Positions 48,541 to 55,908 of a stretch of DNA of 64,000 nt are shown piece by piece. Origin of the DNA: Sphingomonas sp. Its GTDB lineage: Bacteria > Pseudomonadota > Alphaproteobacteria > Sphingomonadales > Sphingomonadaceae. The position numbers and the translations under genes were made by a program. Where the stretch lies: the NCBI RefSeq assembly GCF_036388435.1, contig NZ_DASVRV010000052.1:2886-66885 (forward strand), read 5' to 3'. The notes beneath the pieces were generated by a model. The model was not told where the DNA came from and did not search any database. It worked only from the letters and a program-made list of their open reading frames with translations. Position 1 is the stretch's first letter. Each line of letters starts with the position of its first letter.

Positions 48541-48673
48541 GGCGAGCCGATCCATGCTTTTCCGAGCACCCGAGGGTGTCAAAAACCCCGGTCGGAATGG
48601 CGGGTTTCGAGCGGTGCCCGATCGAGCGGGAGCGTCCAGCAGGTCAGGGAGATCACTCGCGCGCGGTTTCGCG

Positions 48674-49087
48674 TCAACCGAAGCGTTCCCGGAGTGCCAG
48701 CATCGCGAGCGCCGCCTGGGCCGCGCCGCCGCCCTTGTCGCCTTCGGTGGGGCGGGCGCGGGCCAGGGCCTGGGCTTCGTTCTCGACCGTCAGGATGCCG
48801 TTGCCGATGGCGAGGCCGTCCATGGTCAGGGCCATGATCCCGCGCGCGGACTCGCCCGCGACGATCTCGAAATGATAGGTCTCGCCGCGGATGACGACGC
48901 CGAGCGCGACGAAGGCGTCGTACCGTTCGGCGGCGAGGGCGATGACGCCGGGGACTTCGAGCGCGCCGGGCACCGTCACCGTCTCATGCTCATGCCCCGC
49001 CGCTTCGATCGCCGCGCGGGCGCCGTGGAGGAGCAGGTCGTTGAGGTGGTCGTAGAAGCGCGCCTCGACGATCAGGATGGTGGCCAT
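48674..49087 (-). CDS. ribH: 6,7-dimethyl-8-ribityllumazine synthase
   Basis: 137 aa with [20 protein letters not shown]..., VPGALEVP and [12 protein letters not shown], as expected for RibH. Confidence 0.93.
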   Translation of the reverse strand: MATILIVEARFYDHLNDLLLHGARAAIEAAGHEHETVTVPGALEVPGVIALAAERYDAFVALGVVIRGETYHFEIVAGESARGIMALTMDGLAIGNGILTVENEAQALARARPTEGDKGGGAAQAALAMLALRERFG

Positions 49088-49098
49088 GATTTCTCTTT

Positions 49099-49180
49099 CG
49101 TTCGCCCTAAGTGGCGGGTTCCGCCCGGCGGTCCTTCGATACGCCGGTTCGACAGGCTCACCGGCTACTCAGGACGAACG
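49099..49180 (-). other. Predicted structured intercistronic RNA (three-way-junction-like) between ribB and ribH
   Basis: On the mRNA strand, a 10-bp closing helix (CGUUCGUCCU / AGGGCGAACG, one G:U) encloses hairpins GCCGGU...ACCGGC and GGCGG-AAC-CCGCC. It ends 11 nt before the ribH start region. Confidence 0.3.
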
Positions 49181-49210
49181 GGGGTGGGGTGCAGGGGAGG
49201 ACTGGTCGCC

Positions 49211-50356
49211 CTAGTCCGCGTGAACGACCGGGCGCTCGCCGACGATTGACAGGCCGTAGCCGTCGAGCCCGACCAATGTGTGGTGGGTGTTGGTGAGGAG
49301 GATCATCTCCTCCACGCCGAGTTCGGTCAGGATCATCGCGCCGACGCCGTAATCGCGCAATTCCTCCATGTCGGCGGCGCGTTCGCCCGCCTTGATGCGG
49401 ACGGCGGCGGTGAAGGCGTCCTGGCGGGGCTTGTTGATGACGACGATGACGCCGGCGCCCTCCTGCGCGATCAGTTCCATCGAGCGGGCGAGCAGCCCGG
49501 CGCGCTCGTCGGCCTCGCCGAACAGGTCGGCGAAGGGGTTGAGCGCGTGCATCCGCACCAATGTCGGGCGGCTGGGATCGACGCGGCCCTTGACCAGCGC
49601 CATCTGCTCGGTCCCCGCCGCCTTGTTCCAGAAGGTGATGGCGGTCCATTCGCCGCCCCAGCGGCTGGTGAAGCGCGCCTCGGCGCGGCGCTCGACGAAA
49701 TGGTCGTAGCGGCGGCGATAGGCGATCAGGTCGCGGATGGTGCCGATCTTGAGGTTGTGGAGCTGCGCGAAGGCGACGAGGTCGTCCATGCGGCTCATCG
49801 TGCCGTCCTCGTTCATGATCTCGCAGATCACGCCCGAGGGGTTGAGCCCGGCGAGGCGCGACACGTCGACCGCCGCCTCGGTATGGCCGGTGCGCACCAG
49901 CACGCCGCCGTCGCGCGCGACGAGGGGGAAGATATGGCCGGGGGTGACGATCTCGTCACGGCTCTTGGACGAGTCGATCGCCACCGCGACGGTGCGCGCG
50001 CGGTCGGCGGCCGAGATGCCCGTCGTCACCCCGTCGCGCGCCTCGATCGAGACGGTGAAGGCGGTCTCGTGGCGGGTGCCGTTGTGGCGGCTCATCAGGT
50101 CGAGCCCGAGTTCCTCGACGCGGCGCTTGGTGAGCGCCAGGCAGATCAGCCCGCGGCCGTGCCGGGCCATGAAGTTGATCTTCTCCGGCGTCGCCATCTG
50201 CGCGGGGATGACGAGGTCGCCCTCATTCTCCCGGTCCTCGTCGTCGACCAGGATGAACATGCGGCCGTTCTTGGCCTCGTCGATGATCTCCTCGGGCGAG
50301 GACAGGAAGGCGTGGCGCAGGCGGGACAGCTCGGCGCGGGGAAAGTTAGCGGCCAC
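49211..50356 (-). CDS. ribB: 3,4-dihydroxy-2-butanone-4-phosphate synthase with a C-terminal GTP cyclohydrolase II-like domain that appears degenerate
   Basis: 381 aa. The N-terminal half has DHBP synthase motifs (DDEDRENEGDLV, RTGHTEAAVD). The C-terminal half aligns to RibA but has HALNPFAD and ADERAG where RibA has HSECLTGD and RCDCG. Confidence 0.9.
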   Translation of the reverse strand: MAANFPRAELSRLRHAFLSSPEEIIDEAKNGRMFILVDDEDRENEGDLVIPAQMATPEKINFMARHGRGLICLALTKRRVEELGLDLMSRHNGTRHETAFTVSIEARDGVTTGISAADRARTVAVAIDSSKSRDEIVTPGHIFPLVARDGGVLVRTGHTEAAVDVSRLAGLNPSGVICEIMNEDGTMSRMDDLVAFAQLHNLKIGTIRDLIAYRRRYDHFVERRAEARFTSRWGGEWTAITFWNKAAGTEQMALVKGRVDPSRPTLVRMHALNPFADLFGEADERAGLLARSMELIAQEGAGVIVVINKPRQDAFTAAVRIKAGERAADMEELRDYGVGAMILTELGVEEMILLTNTHHTLVGLDGYGLSIVGERPVVHAD

Positions 50357-50963
50357 GGTGATGCTCCATGCGGCGGAGATAGCGGGCGAGCACGTCGATC
50401 TCGATGTTGACGCGGTGCCCGGGGCGCAGATCGCCCAGGGTCGTCGCCCCCTGGGTGTGCGGGATGACGTTGACCGAGAAGCGCGTGGCTTCGGGCTGAT
50501 CCTCGACGGTGTTGACCGTCAGCGACACGCCGTCGACCGTCACCGATCCCTTGGGCGCCAGAAAGGGGGCGACCTCCTCGGAGACCGCGAAGACGAGGCG
50601 CCTGGAGTCGCCGTCGGGCGTCATGTCGACCACTTCGGCGACGCCGTCGACATGGCCGGTGACGATATGGCCGCCCAGCTCGTCGCCGAGCCGCATCGCG
50701 CGTTCGAGGTTGAGGCGGCGACCCTGGGTCCACTGATCCGCCGGGGTGCGGGCGAGCGTCTCGCCCGACACGTCGACGGCGAACCAGCCCGGAGACCCAC
50801 TCGCCGCCTTATCGACGACGGTCAGGCAGACGCCGGAGCAGGCGATGGAGGCGCCCAGGTCGACGCCGTCGGTGTCATAGGCGGTGGCGATCACGACGCG
50901 CAGGTCGCCGCGCGCCTCGACGCGCGCCACGGTGCCGATGTCGGTGATGATGCCGGTGAACAT
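50346..50963 (-). CDS. ribE: Riboflavin synthase (alpha chain)
   Basis: 205 aa from MFTGIITDIGTV..., with duplicated lumazine-binding repeats (GASIACSGVCLTV / KGSVTVDGVSLTV). Confidence 0.92.
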   Translation of the reverse strand: MFTGIITDIGTVARVEARGDLRVVIATAYDTDGVDLGASIACSGVCLTVVDKAASGSPGWFAVDVSGETLARTPADQWTQGRRLNLERAMRLGDELGGHIVTGHVDGVAEVVDMTPDGDSRRLVFAVSEEVAPFLAPKGSVTVDGVSLTVNTVEDQPEATRFSVNVIPHTQGATTLGDLRPGHRVNIEIDVLARYLRRMEHHRGR

Positions 50964-51916
50964 TAGCGCCGCTCGTAGACCTCGAGCCGGTCGCTGCCAA
51001 GCGCGCGCGCGTCGTGGAGCCGCCAGCGGCCATGCGCGCCCGCCAGCTCGGTCAGGCCGATATCGCCGATCGCGGGGAGCCCGGCGCCCAAGATGATCGG
51101 TGCGCGGTAGAGGAGGAGGCGGTCGACGAGATCGGCGGCCAGGAACGCCGCCGCCGCGCCCGCGCCGCCCTCGACCAGGAGGTGATCGACGTTCGCGAGG
51201 TCGGCGACGGCATGGGGGGAGGAGATCCACAGCGGCGGGTCGTTCTCGACGCCCGGCGGCGCGCTGCTCAGCACGACCCGCCTCGGGCCGCGCGCCTCCA
51301 GCCCCGGAAGCCGCACGTCGAGTCGGGGGGCGTCGGCGTTCCAGGTGCCGCGCCCGACCAGGATCGCCTCGTGACGCGCGCGTTCGAGATGGGCATGGGC
51401 GCGGGCCTCGGGACCGGTGATCCAGCGGCTTTCGCCCGAGGAAAGCGCGATGCGGCCGTCGAGCGAGGTGGCGAGCTTGAGCGTGACATGCGGCCGGCCA
51501 CGGGTCCGACAAGTGAGGAAGCCCGCCATCGATCGCCGCGCGGCGTCGGCGCCGGGACCGACCTCCACCGCGATTCCCGCCGCACGGAGCCGGGCGAACC
51601 CCTCGCCGTTCGTGCGCGGATCGGGGTCGCCCAGCGCGGCGACGACGCGCGCGACCCCGGCCGCGATCAGCCCGTCGGCGCAGGCGGGGCCGCGTGTCGA
51701 TCGGTGCGCGCAGGGTTCGAGCGTCGTGTAGCAAGTCGCGCCGCGCGATTCGGTGCCGGCCAGACCCAGCGCCATCGCCTCGGCATGGGGGCGCCCGCCC
51801 GGTTGCGTCCAGCCGCGCCCGACCACGCGCCCGCCCGCGACGATCACGCAGCCGACGGGCGGATTGGGCGCGGTCCGGCCCCGGCCGCGCTCACCGAGCG
51901 CGATCGCCGCGCCCAT
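50963..51916 (-). CDS. ribD: Bifunctional diaminohydroxyphosphoribosylaminopyrimidine deaminase / 5-amino-6-(5-phosphoribosylamino)uracil reductase
   Basis: It has the deaminase zinc motifs HAEAMAL and PCAH...PAC, then a reductase domain. The N-terminus may extend a few codons; an in-frame CTG upstream encodes LTPNDARW. Confidence 0.9.
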   Translation of the reverse strand: MGAAIALGERGRGRTAPNPPVGCVIVAGGRVVGRGWTQPGGRPHAEAMALGLAGTESRGATCYTTLEPCAHRSTRGPACADGLIAAGVARVVAALGDPDPRTNGEGFARLRAAGIAVEVGPGADAARRSMAGFLTCRTRGRPHVTLKLATSLDGRIALSSGESRWITGPEARAHAHLERARHEAILVGRGTWNADAPRLDVRLPGLEARGPRRVVLSSAPPGVENDPPLWISSPHAVADLANVDHLLVEGGAGAAAAFLAADLVDRLLLYRAPIILGAGLPAIGDIGLTELAGAHGRWRLHDARALGSDRLEVYERR

Positions 51917-51936
51917 CCAGCGCGCGTCGTTCGGCG

Positions 51937-52284
51937 TCAGAGGCCGACGCTCTTCAGCTTGTCGTCGAGCCGCTTGAACGATGCCTGGCGCTCGAGCTCC
52001 AGCCGGCGCCGCTCGGCCAGCAATTTCGCCTTGGCGGCGCCGTCGATCTTCTGCTGCGCGACGATCTCGGCGTCGGTGCGGTCGAGGCGGTATTGCTCCA
52101 CATAGATGATGTCGGGGCGATATTCCTCCGTGCCGCCACCCTCGCGCGCGAAGGCATAGACGAAGAAGGTGGTGACGATCATCGCCAGCAGCAGGAAGCC
52201 GAGCTCATAGGGTTGGCGCGCGCCGAAGAAGCGACGCAGGTCCTGATAGGCGCGGACGGGCGACAGGCGACTGAAGAACTGCAT
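51937..52284 (-). CDS. Hypothetical small membrane-anchored protein with C-terminal coiled-coil-like region
   Basis: 115 aa with one TM helix (LGFLLLAMIVTTFFVYAF) and a charged helical tail (KAKLLAERRRLELERQASFKRLDDKLK). No family was recognised. Confidence 0.5.
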   Translation of the reverse strand: MQFFSRLSPVRAYQDLRRFFGARQPYELGFLLLAMIVTTFFVYAFAREGGGTEEYRPDIIYVEQYRLDRTDAEIVAQQKIDGAAKAKLLAERRRLELERQASFKRLDDKLKSVGL

Positions 52285-52373
52285 GGCGGCGAAGATAAGC
52301 GTGCCTGGCGGTCATTGCGAGCCCATGCGACCGAAGCGACCGCTCGCTCGTTCGGGGCGGGAAGGAGTCCGCG

Positions 52374-52988
52374 ATGCTCGAACATGTTCCCGCCTGGCTG
52401 GGCCGCACCCTGTCGCCGCTGCGCGCCGGGGTGGAGAAGCTCGCCGTGGTCGAATTGGGCGCGGGATTGCCCGAGCTGGAGCTGATGAGTCCCGCCTTCG
52501 GGCATGGCGGGCGGTTGCCGGCGCGTTTCACCGCGGATGGCGCGGGACGCTCGCCCCCGCTCGTCTGGACCGCGCCGCCCGCGGGCACGGCGCGGCTGGC
52601 GCTGCTGGTCGAGGATGCCGACGCGCCCGCGCCCCAACCGCTGGTCCATGCGGTGATCTGGGGGCTGGCGGCGGATGCGGGGCGGCTGGAGGAGGGCGCG
52701 ATCGTCGCGGACGGCGACGGCTTCGCGGGGCGCGACGTCGGGCGCAACAGCTATTTCCGCGAGGGCTGGCTGCCGCCCGATCCGCCGACCGGGCACGGCG
52801 AGCACCGCTACGCCTTTCAGCTCTTCGCGCTGGGCGCGCACGCGCCCGATCCGGGGGGGAATCCGGGTCGGGCGGCGCTGGTGGAGGCGATGCGCGGGCA
52901 TGTGCTCGCGGCGGGGCTGCTGGTCGGCACCTATTCGCGCGAGGAGCCGGCCCCGATCGGGCCGGTCGGCGCCACCGCGCGGGCCTGA
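52374..52988 (+). CDS. YbhB/YbcL family Raf-kinase-inhibitor-like (PEBP) protein
   Basis: 204 aa with the PEBP signature regions LVEDADAP and GHGEHRYAFQLFAL. Confidence 0.85.
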   Translation: MLEHVPAWLGRTLSPLRAGVEKLAVVELGAGLPELELMSPAFGHGGRLPARFTADGAGRSPPLVWTAPPAGTARLALLVEDADAPAPQPLVHAVIWGLAADAGRLEEGAIVADGDGFAGRDVGRNSYFREGWLPPDPPTGHGEHRYAFQLFALGAHAPDPGGNPGRAALVEAMRGHVLAAGLLVGTYSREEPAPIGPVGATARA

Positions 52989-52995
52989 CCGCGCT

Positions 52996-53079
52996 TCAGA
53001 CGATCGGGGGGGCGCTCATCGCGATGAGGACGGCGGTGCAGGCGAAGCCCGCGACGGCGAAGGCGAACTGACGGATCAT
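52996..53079 (-). CDS. Candidate small hydrophobic protein, 27 aa
   Basis: Below the ORF-track cutoff. Manual translation gives MIRQFAFAVAGFACTAVLIAMSAPPIV. AAGGAAAC lies 7 nt upstream of the ATG, and 26 of 27 third positions are G/C. Confidence 0.45.
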   Translation of the reverse strand: MIRQFAFAVAGFACTAVLIAMSAPPIV

Positions 53080-53107
53080 GTCTAGGTTTCCTTGCGAGCG
53101 TCGCCGA

Positions 53108-53218
53108 TCAGGCGACCGGGAGGATGGGAACGGCGGTGCCGACCGCGACCGCGGCGAAGGCGAGAGCGGCGACGAAGGAGACGACGACGCGCCGAGCGGA
53201 CTGGAAATCGATGGTCAT
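53108..53218 (-). CDS. Candidate small hydrophobic protein, 36 aa
   Basis: Below the ORF-track cutoff. Manual translation gives MTIDFQSARRVVVSFVAALAFAAVAVGTAVPILPVA. AGGAAAGGA lies about 8 nt upstream of the ATG, and 32 of 36 third positions are G/C. Confidence 0.45.
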   Translation of the reverse strand: MTIDFQSARRVVVSFVAALAFAAVAVGTAVPILPVA

Positions 53219-53235
53219 TGACTGGGTCCTTTCCT

Positions 53236-53273
53236 GGTATCCCGCGGCGCGAACCTCTCGCGCCGCCGATACC
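53236..53273 (-). promoter_or_regulatory. Strong hairpin immediately 5' of the ribosome-binding site of the 36-aa ORF
   Basis: The mRNA sense is GGUAUCGGCGGCGCGA-GAGGU-UCGCGCCGCGGGAUACC, with 9 + 6 bp arms and a small bulge. AGGAAAGGA follows directly, and no U-tract is present. Confidence 0.4.
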
Positions 53274-53399
53274 GGAAGCATTGCATCCTCCGTGCCAATT
53301 CCGAGTTTCGGCCGCGATCAAGCGGTTAGCGGCAGGGTCGTTTTCGAGTTGGGATTTCGCGCCAGAAGCGACCGTTGCGGACGCCAATTTCTGGCGGGA

Positions 53400-54407
53400 T
53401 CAGCCCGCGCAGAGCCGATCGCGGCCGGTCGACTTGGCGGTGTAGAGAAACCGGTCGGCGCGCGCGAACGCGTCTTCGAGATTTTCGCCGGGCTGCACGG
53501 CCGTCAGCCCCACCGAAACCGTGACGCGCCCGATCAGCATGTCGGTTTCGCGCGAGCGGAAGCGCTTGGCCGCGACGCTCTCGCGTGCGCGGTCGAGGAC
53601 GGCCTGCGCGCGCTGGAGGGCGATGCCCGTCAGCAGCACCGCGAACTCCTCGCCGCCGTGGCGTGCGACCAGATGGCCCTCGCAGGCGACGCGCAGCGTG
53701 TCGGCGATCGCGCTCAGCACCCGGTCGCCGACGCCGTGTCCGCAGCCGTCGTTGATGCGCTTGAACCGGTCGATGTCGCACAAGGCCAGGCAGGCGCCTC
53801 CGCGCAACGCGGCGAAGGCTTCCGCGAAGGCGCGGCGGTTGGGCAGTCCGGTGAGCACGTCGATCCGGGCGCTGGCCTGCGCCTCTTCCAGCTTGGCGCG
53901 CAGATCCTCGCTTTCGCGTGTCGCCTGTTCGAGGCGCTGCTCGGCCGCATGGACGCGCGACAGGACGGCGCCGGTGATCCGGGCGAGTTCGGCCATGCCG
54001 CCCGCCGCGCCGACCGCACCCATCGATGCCGCATGTTCGGCGAGGTCGCGGCCGAAGTCCCGCGTCTCCTCGTGCATCGCGCGCGCGACCCGCGCGAGAT
54101 CCTCGACCCGCAACCGGGTCTCGTCGACAAGATGATTGGTCGGCGCGGCGGCCTTGTCGGGCGAGGCGGCGACCACGGTGCCGCCGAGCTTCTCGATGTC
54201 GGCGCGGCTGATCCGGACGCCGTCGTCGGTGATCCGGGCCACCGCCTCGGCAAGCGCGCCCGACGGATTGCTGAGCACGTCATAGGCGAAGTGATAATGG
54301 GCCGGCTCGGGGCTCAGCCGGTGTTCGAGCAGGAACGCGCCGACGCGGGCGAACAGATCGTCCCCCGCGCCATTCGTCCGCCCGTCCCGCGCCAGCGCGC
54401 CCCGCAT
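53400..54407 (-). CDS. Diguanylate cyclase (GGDEF domain) with coiled-coil-rich N-terminal region
   Basis: 335 aa with DVLTGLPNRRAF, the active-site GGEEF and the RxxD-like context. No TM segment is evident. Confidence 0.9.
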   Translation of the reverse strand: MRGALARDGRTNGAGDDLFARVGAFLLEHRLSPEPAHYHFAYDVLSNPSGALAEAVARITDDGVRISRADIEKLGGTVVAASPDKAAAPTNHLVDETRLRVEDLARVARAMHEETRDFGRDLAEHAASMGAVGAAGGMAELARITGAVLSRVHAAEQRLEQATRESEDLRAKLEEAQASARIDVLTGLPNRRAFAEAFAALRGGACLALCDIDRFKRINDGCGHGVGDRVLSAIADTLRVACEGHLVARHGGEEFAVLLTGIALQRAQAVLDRARESVAAKRFRSRETDMLIGRVTVSVGLTAVQPGENLEDAFARADRFLYTAKSTGRDRLCAG

Positions 54408-54472
54408 CGTCCAATCCCATCCGAATCCGTCGGCCCGGCGTCTACCTCTAGGGCGCAGAAGTTAGGAATATG

Positions 54473-55003
54473 TCACCGGGCGCGGGGCAGCTTCTTCACC
54501 GCGGCCAAGGTCGTCGAGACATGTTCGGCGGGGTTCATGTCGCTATGGACGAACGCCACGCGCCCGTCCCGCGCGATGACGTAGCTGGTCCGGCTGGAAA
54601 CGCTGCGCCCCTGGATCTGGCGGGGAAAGGCCACGTCGAAGCCCCGGATGACGCCCGGCCCCGCGCTGGCCACGGCGAACTTGCCCGCGCATTCGGTGGC
54701 GGAGAATTTCCGGAGCTGTTCAACCGGATCGGCGGACATGCCGATCACGGTCGCGCCAGCCGCGCGGAACTCGCCCACCTTGTCGGCGAAGGCGCGCGCC
54801 TCGGCGTTGCAGCCGCTGGTGAAGGCGGCGGGGAAGAAATACAGCACCACGGGGCCGCGCTTGAGCTGTTCCGACAGCGTCACGTTGAAGATCTTGCCCG
54901 CGATCGCGCCGCGCGTGGTGAAATCGGGCGCCTTGGCTCCGGGCGCGAGCGCCGCGAAAGCGGGAGCGCCGAACAGGGCGAGCGTGAGGGCGAGGCGGCG
55001 CAT
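54473..55003 (-). CDS. Secreted peroxiredoxin (AhpC/TSA, redoxin family)
   Basis: The start is taken at MRRLALTLALFGAPAFA (signal peptide). The peroxidatic Cys context is FFPAAFTSGC. Confidence 0.85.
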   Translation of the reverse strand: MRRLALTLALFGAPAFAALAPGAKAPDFTTRGAIAGKIFNVTLSEQLKRGPVVLYFFPAAFTSGCNAEARAFADKVGEFRAAGATVIGMSADPVEQLRKFSATECAGKFAVASAGPGVIRGFDVAFPRQIQGRSVSSRTSYVIARDGRVAFVHSDMNPAEHVSTTLAAVKKLPRAR

Positions 55004-55044
55004 GACGTTACTCCCGAAGTGGTCGCGCATGCTACCCGCCCGCG

Positions 55045-55078
55045 CCCGGCATTGCCAGCGGCCCGGCATTGCCAGCGG
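55045..55078. repeat. Perfect tandem duplication of a 17-bp unit (CCCGGCATTGCCAGCGG x2)
   Basis: Read directly from the sequence. It lies in the divergent intergenic region between the peroxiredoxin and the inositol monophosphatase family gene. Confidence 0.9.
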
Positions 55079-55104
55079 CCCCGGGCGGCGACTAGGCGGG
55101 CGCG

Positions 55105-55899
55105 ATGCGCGTGACCCAGGCCGATCTCGACCTCGCCGGACGCCTCGCCGATGCGGCGGGCGCGGCGATCCGACCCTATTTCCGTAGCGCGCACGGCGCC
55201 GAGCTGAAGGAGGACGGCTCCCCGGTGACGCTCGCCGACCGCGCGGCAGAGGCGGCGATGCGGCGCCTGCTGGACGCGGAGGCGCCCGGCGACGGGGTGG
55301 TGGGCGAGGAATATGGCGAGAAGCCCGGCGTCACGGGGCGTTGCTGGGTGCTGGACCCGATCGACGGCACGCGCAGCTTCACCGTGGGACGGCCGATCTT
55401 CGGGACGCTGATCGCTTTGGTGGTCGAGGGCTGGCCGGTGCTGGGGGTGATCGACCAGCCGATCGCGCGCGAGCGCTGGCTGGGCGTCGCGGGGCGGCCC
55501 ACGACCTTCAACGGCGCCCCCGTCCGCACCCGCGCGCTGCCCGAGCTGGCGGGCGCGGCGCTCGCCACCACCAGCCCGCACTTGTTCGGCGCGGCGGAGG
55601 TCGCCCCGTATATGGCGCTGGTCGCGTCGGTCTATGGCGCCAGCACGGGGCAGGGGCCGGTCTATGGCGGCGACTGCTATAATTACGGGCTGCTGGCGAG
55701 CGGGCATCTGGACCTGGTGTGCGAGGCGGGGCTGAAGCTCCACGATTTCGCCGCCCTGGTGCCGGTGGTCGAGGGAGCCGGGGGACGGATGTGCGACTGG
55801 AACGGCGACCCGCTGACGGCCGAGTCGGGAGGCGACGTGCTGGCGATCGGCGATCCCGCGCGGGTGGATGACGTTCTGGAAGCGATGCGGTCGGCTTAG
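55105..55899 (+). CDS. Inositol monophosphatase family protein (possibly histidinol-phosphatase HisN type)
   Basis: 264 aa with the motifs VGEEYG, WVLDPIDGTRSF and GGDCYNYGLLASG. Confidence 0.85.
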   Translation: MRVTQADLDLAGRLADAAGAAIRPYFRSAHGAELKEDGSPVTLADRAAEAAMRRLLDAEAPGDGVVGEEYGEKPGVTGRCWVLDPIDGTRSFTVGRPIFGTLIALVVEGWPVLGVIDQPIARERWLGVAGRPTTFNGAPVRTRALPELAGAALATTSPHLFGAAEVAPYMALVASVYGASTGQGPVYGGDCYNYGLLASGHLDLVCEAGLKLHDFAALVPVVEGAGGRMCDWNGDPLTAESGGDVLAIGDPARVDDVLEAMRSA

Positions 55900-55908
55900 C
55901 GGTTTCAG

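Noticed and set aside
49088-49210. FMN riboswitch upstream of ribH
   Set aside because: It would be expected from pathway context. However, the spacer is too short and lacks the conserved FMN-element blocks (GGGUGAAAUUCCC, AGCCCGCGAGC, GCCGACAGU..GGAUG) when read by eye. It is kept only as an unclassified structured element, and a covariance-model scan is needed for a definitive answer.
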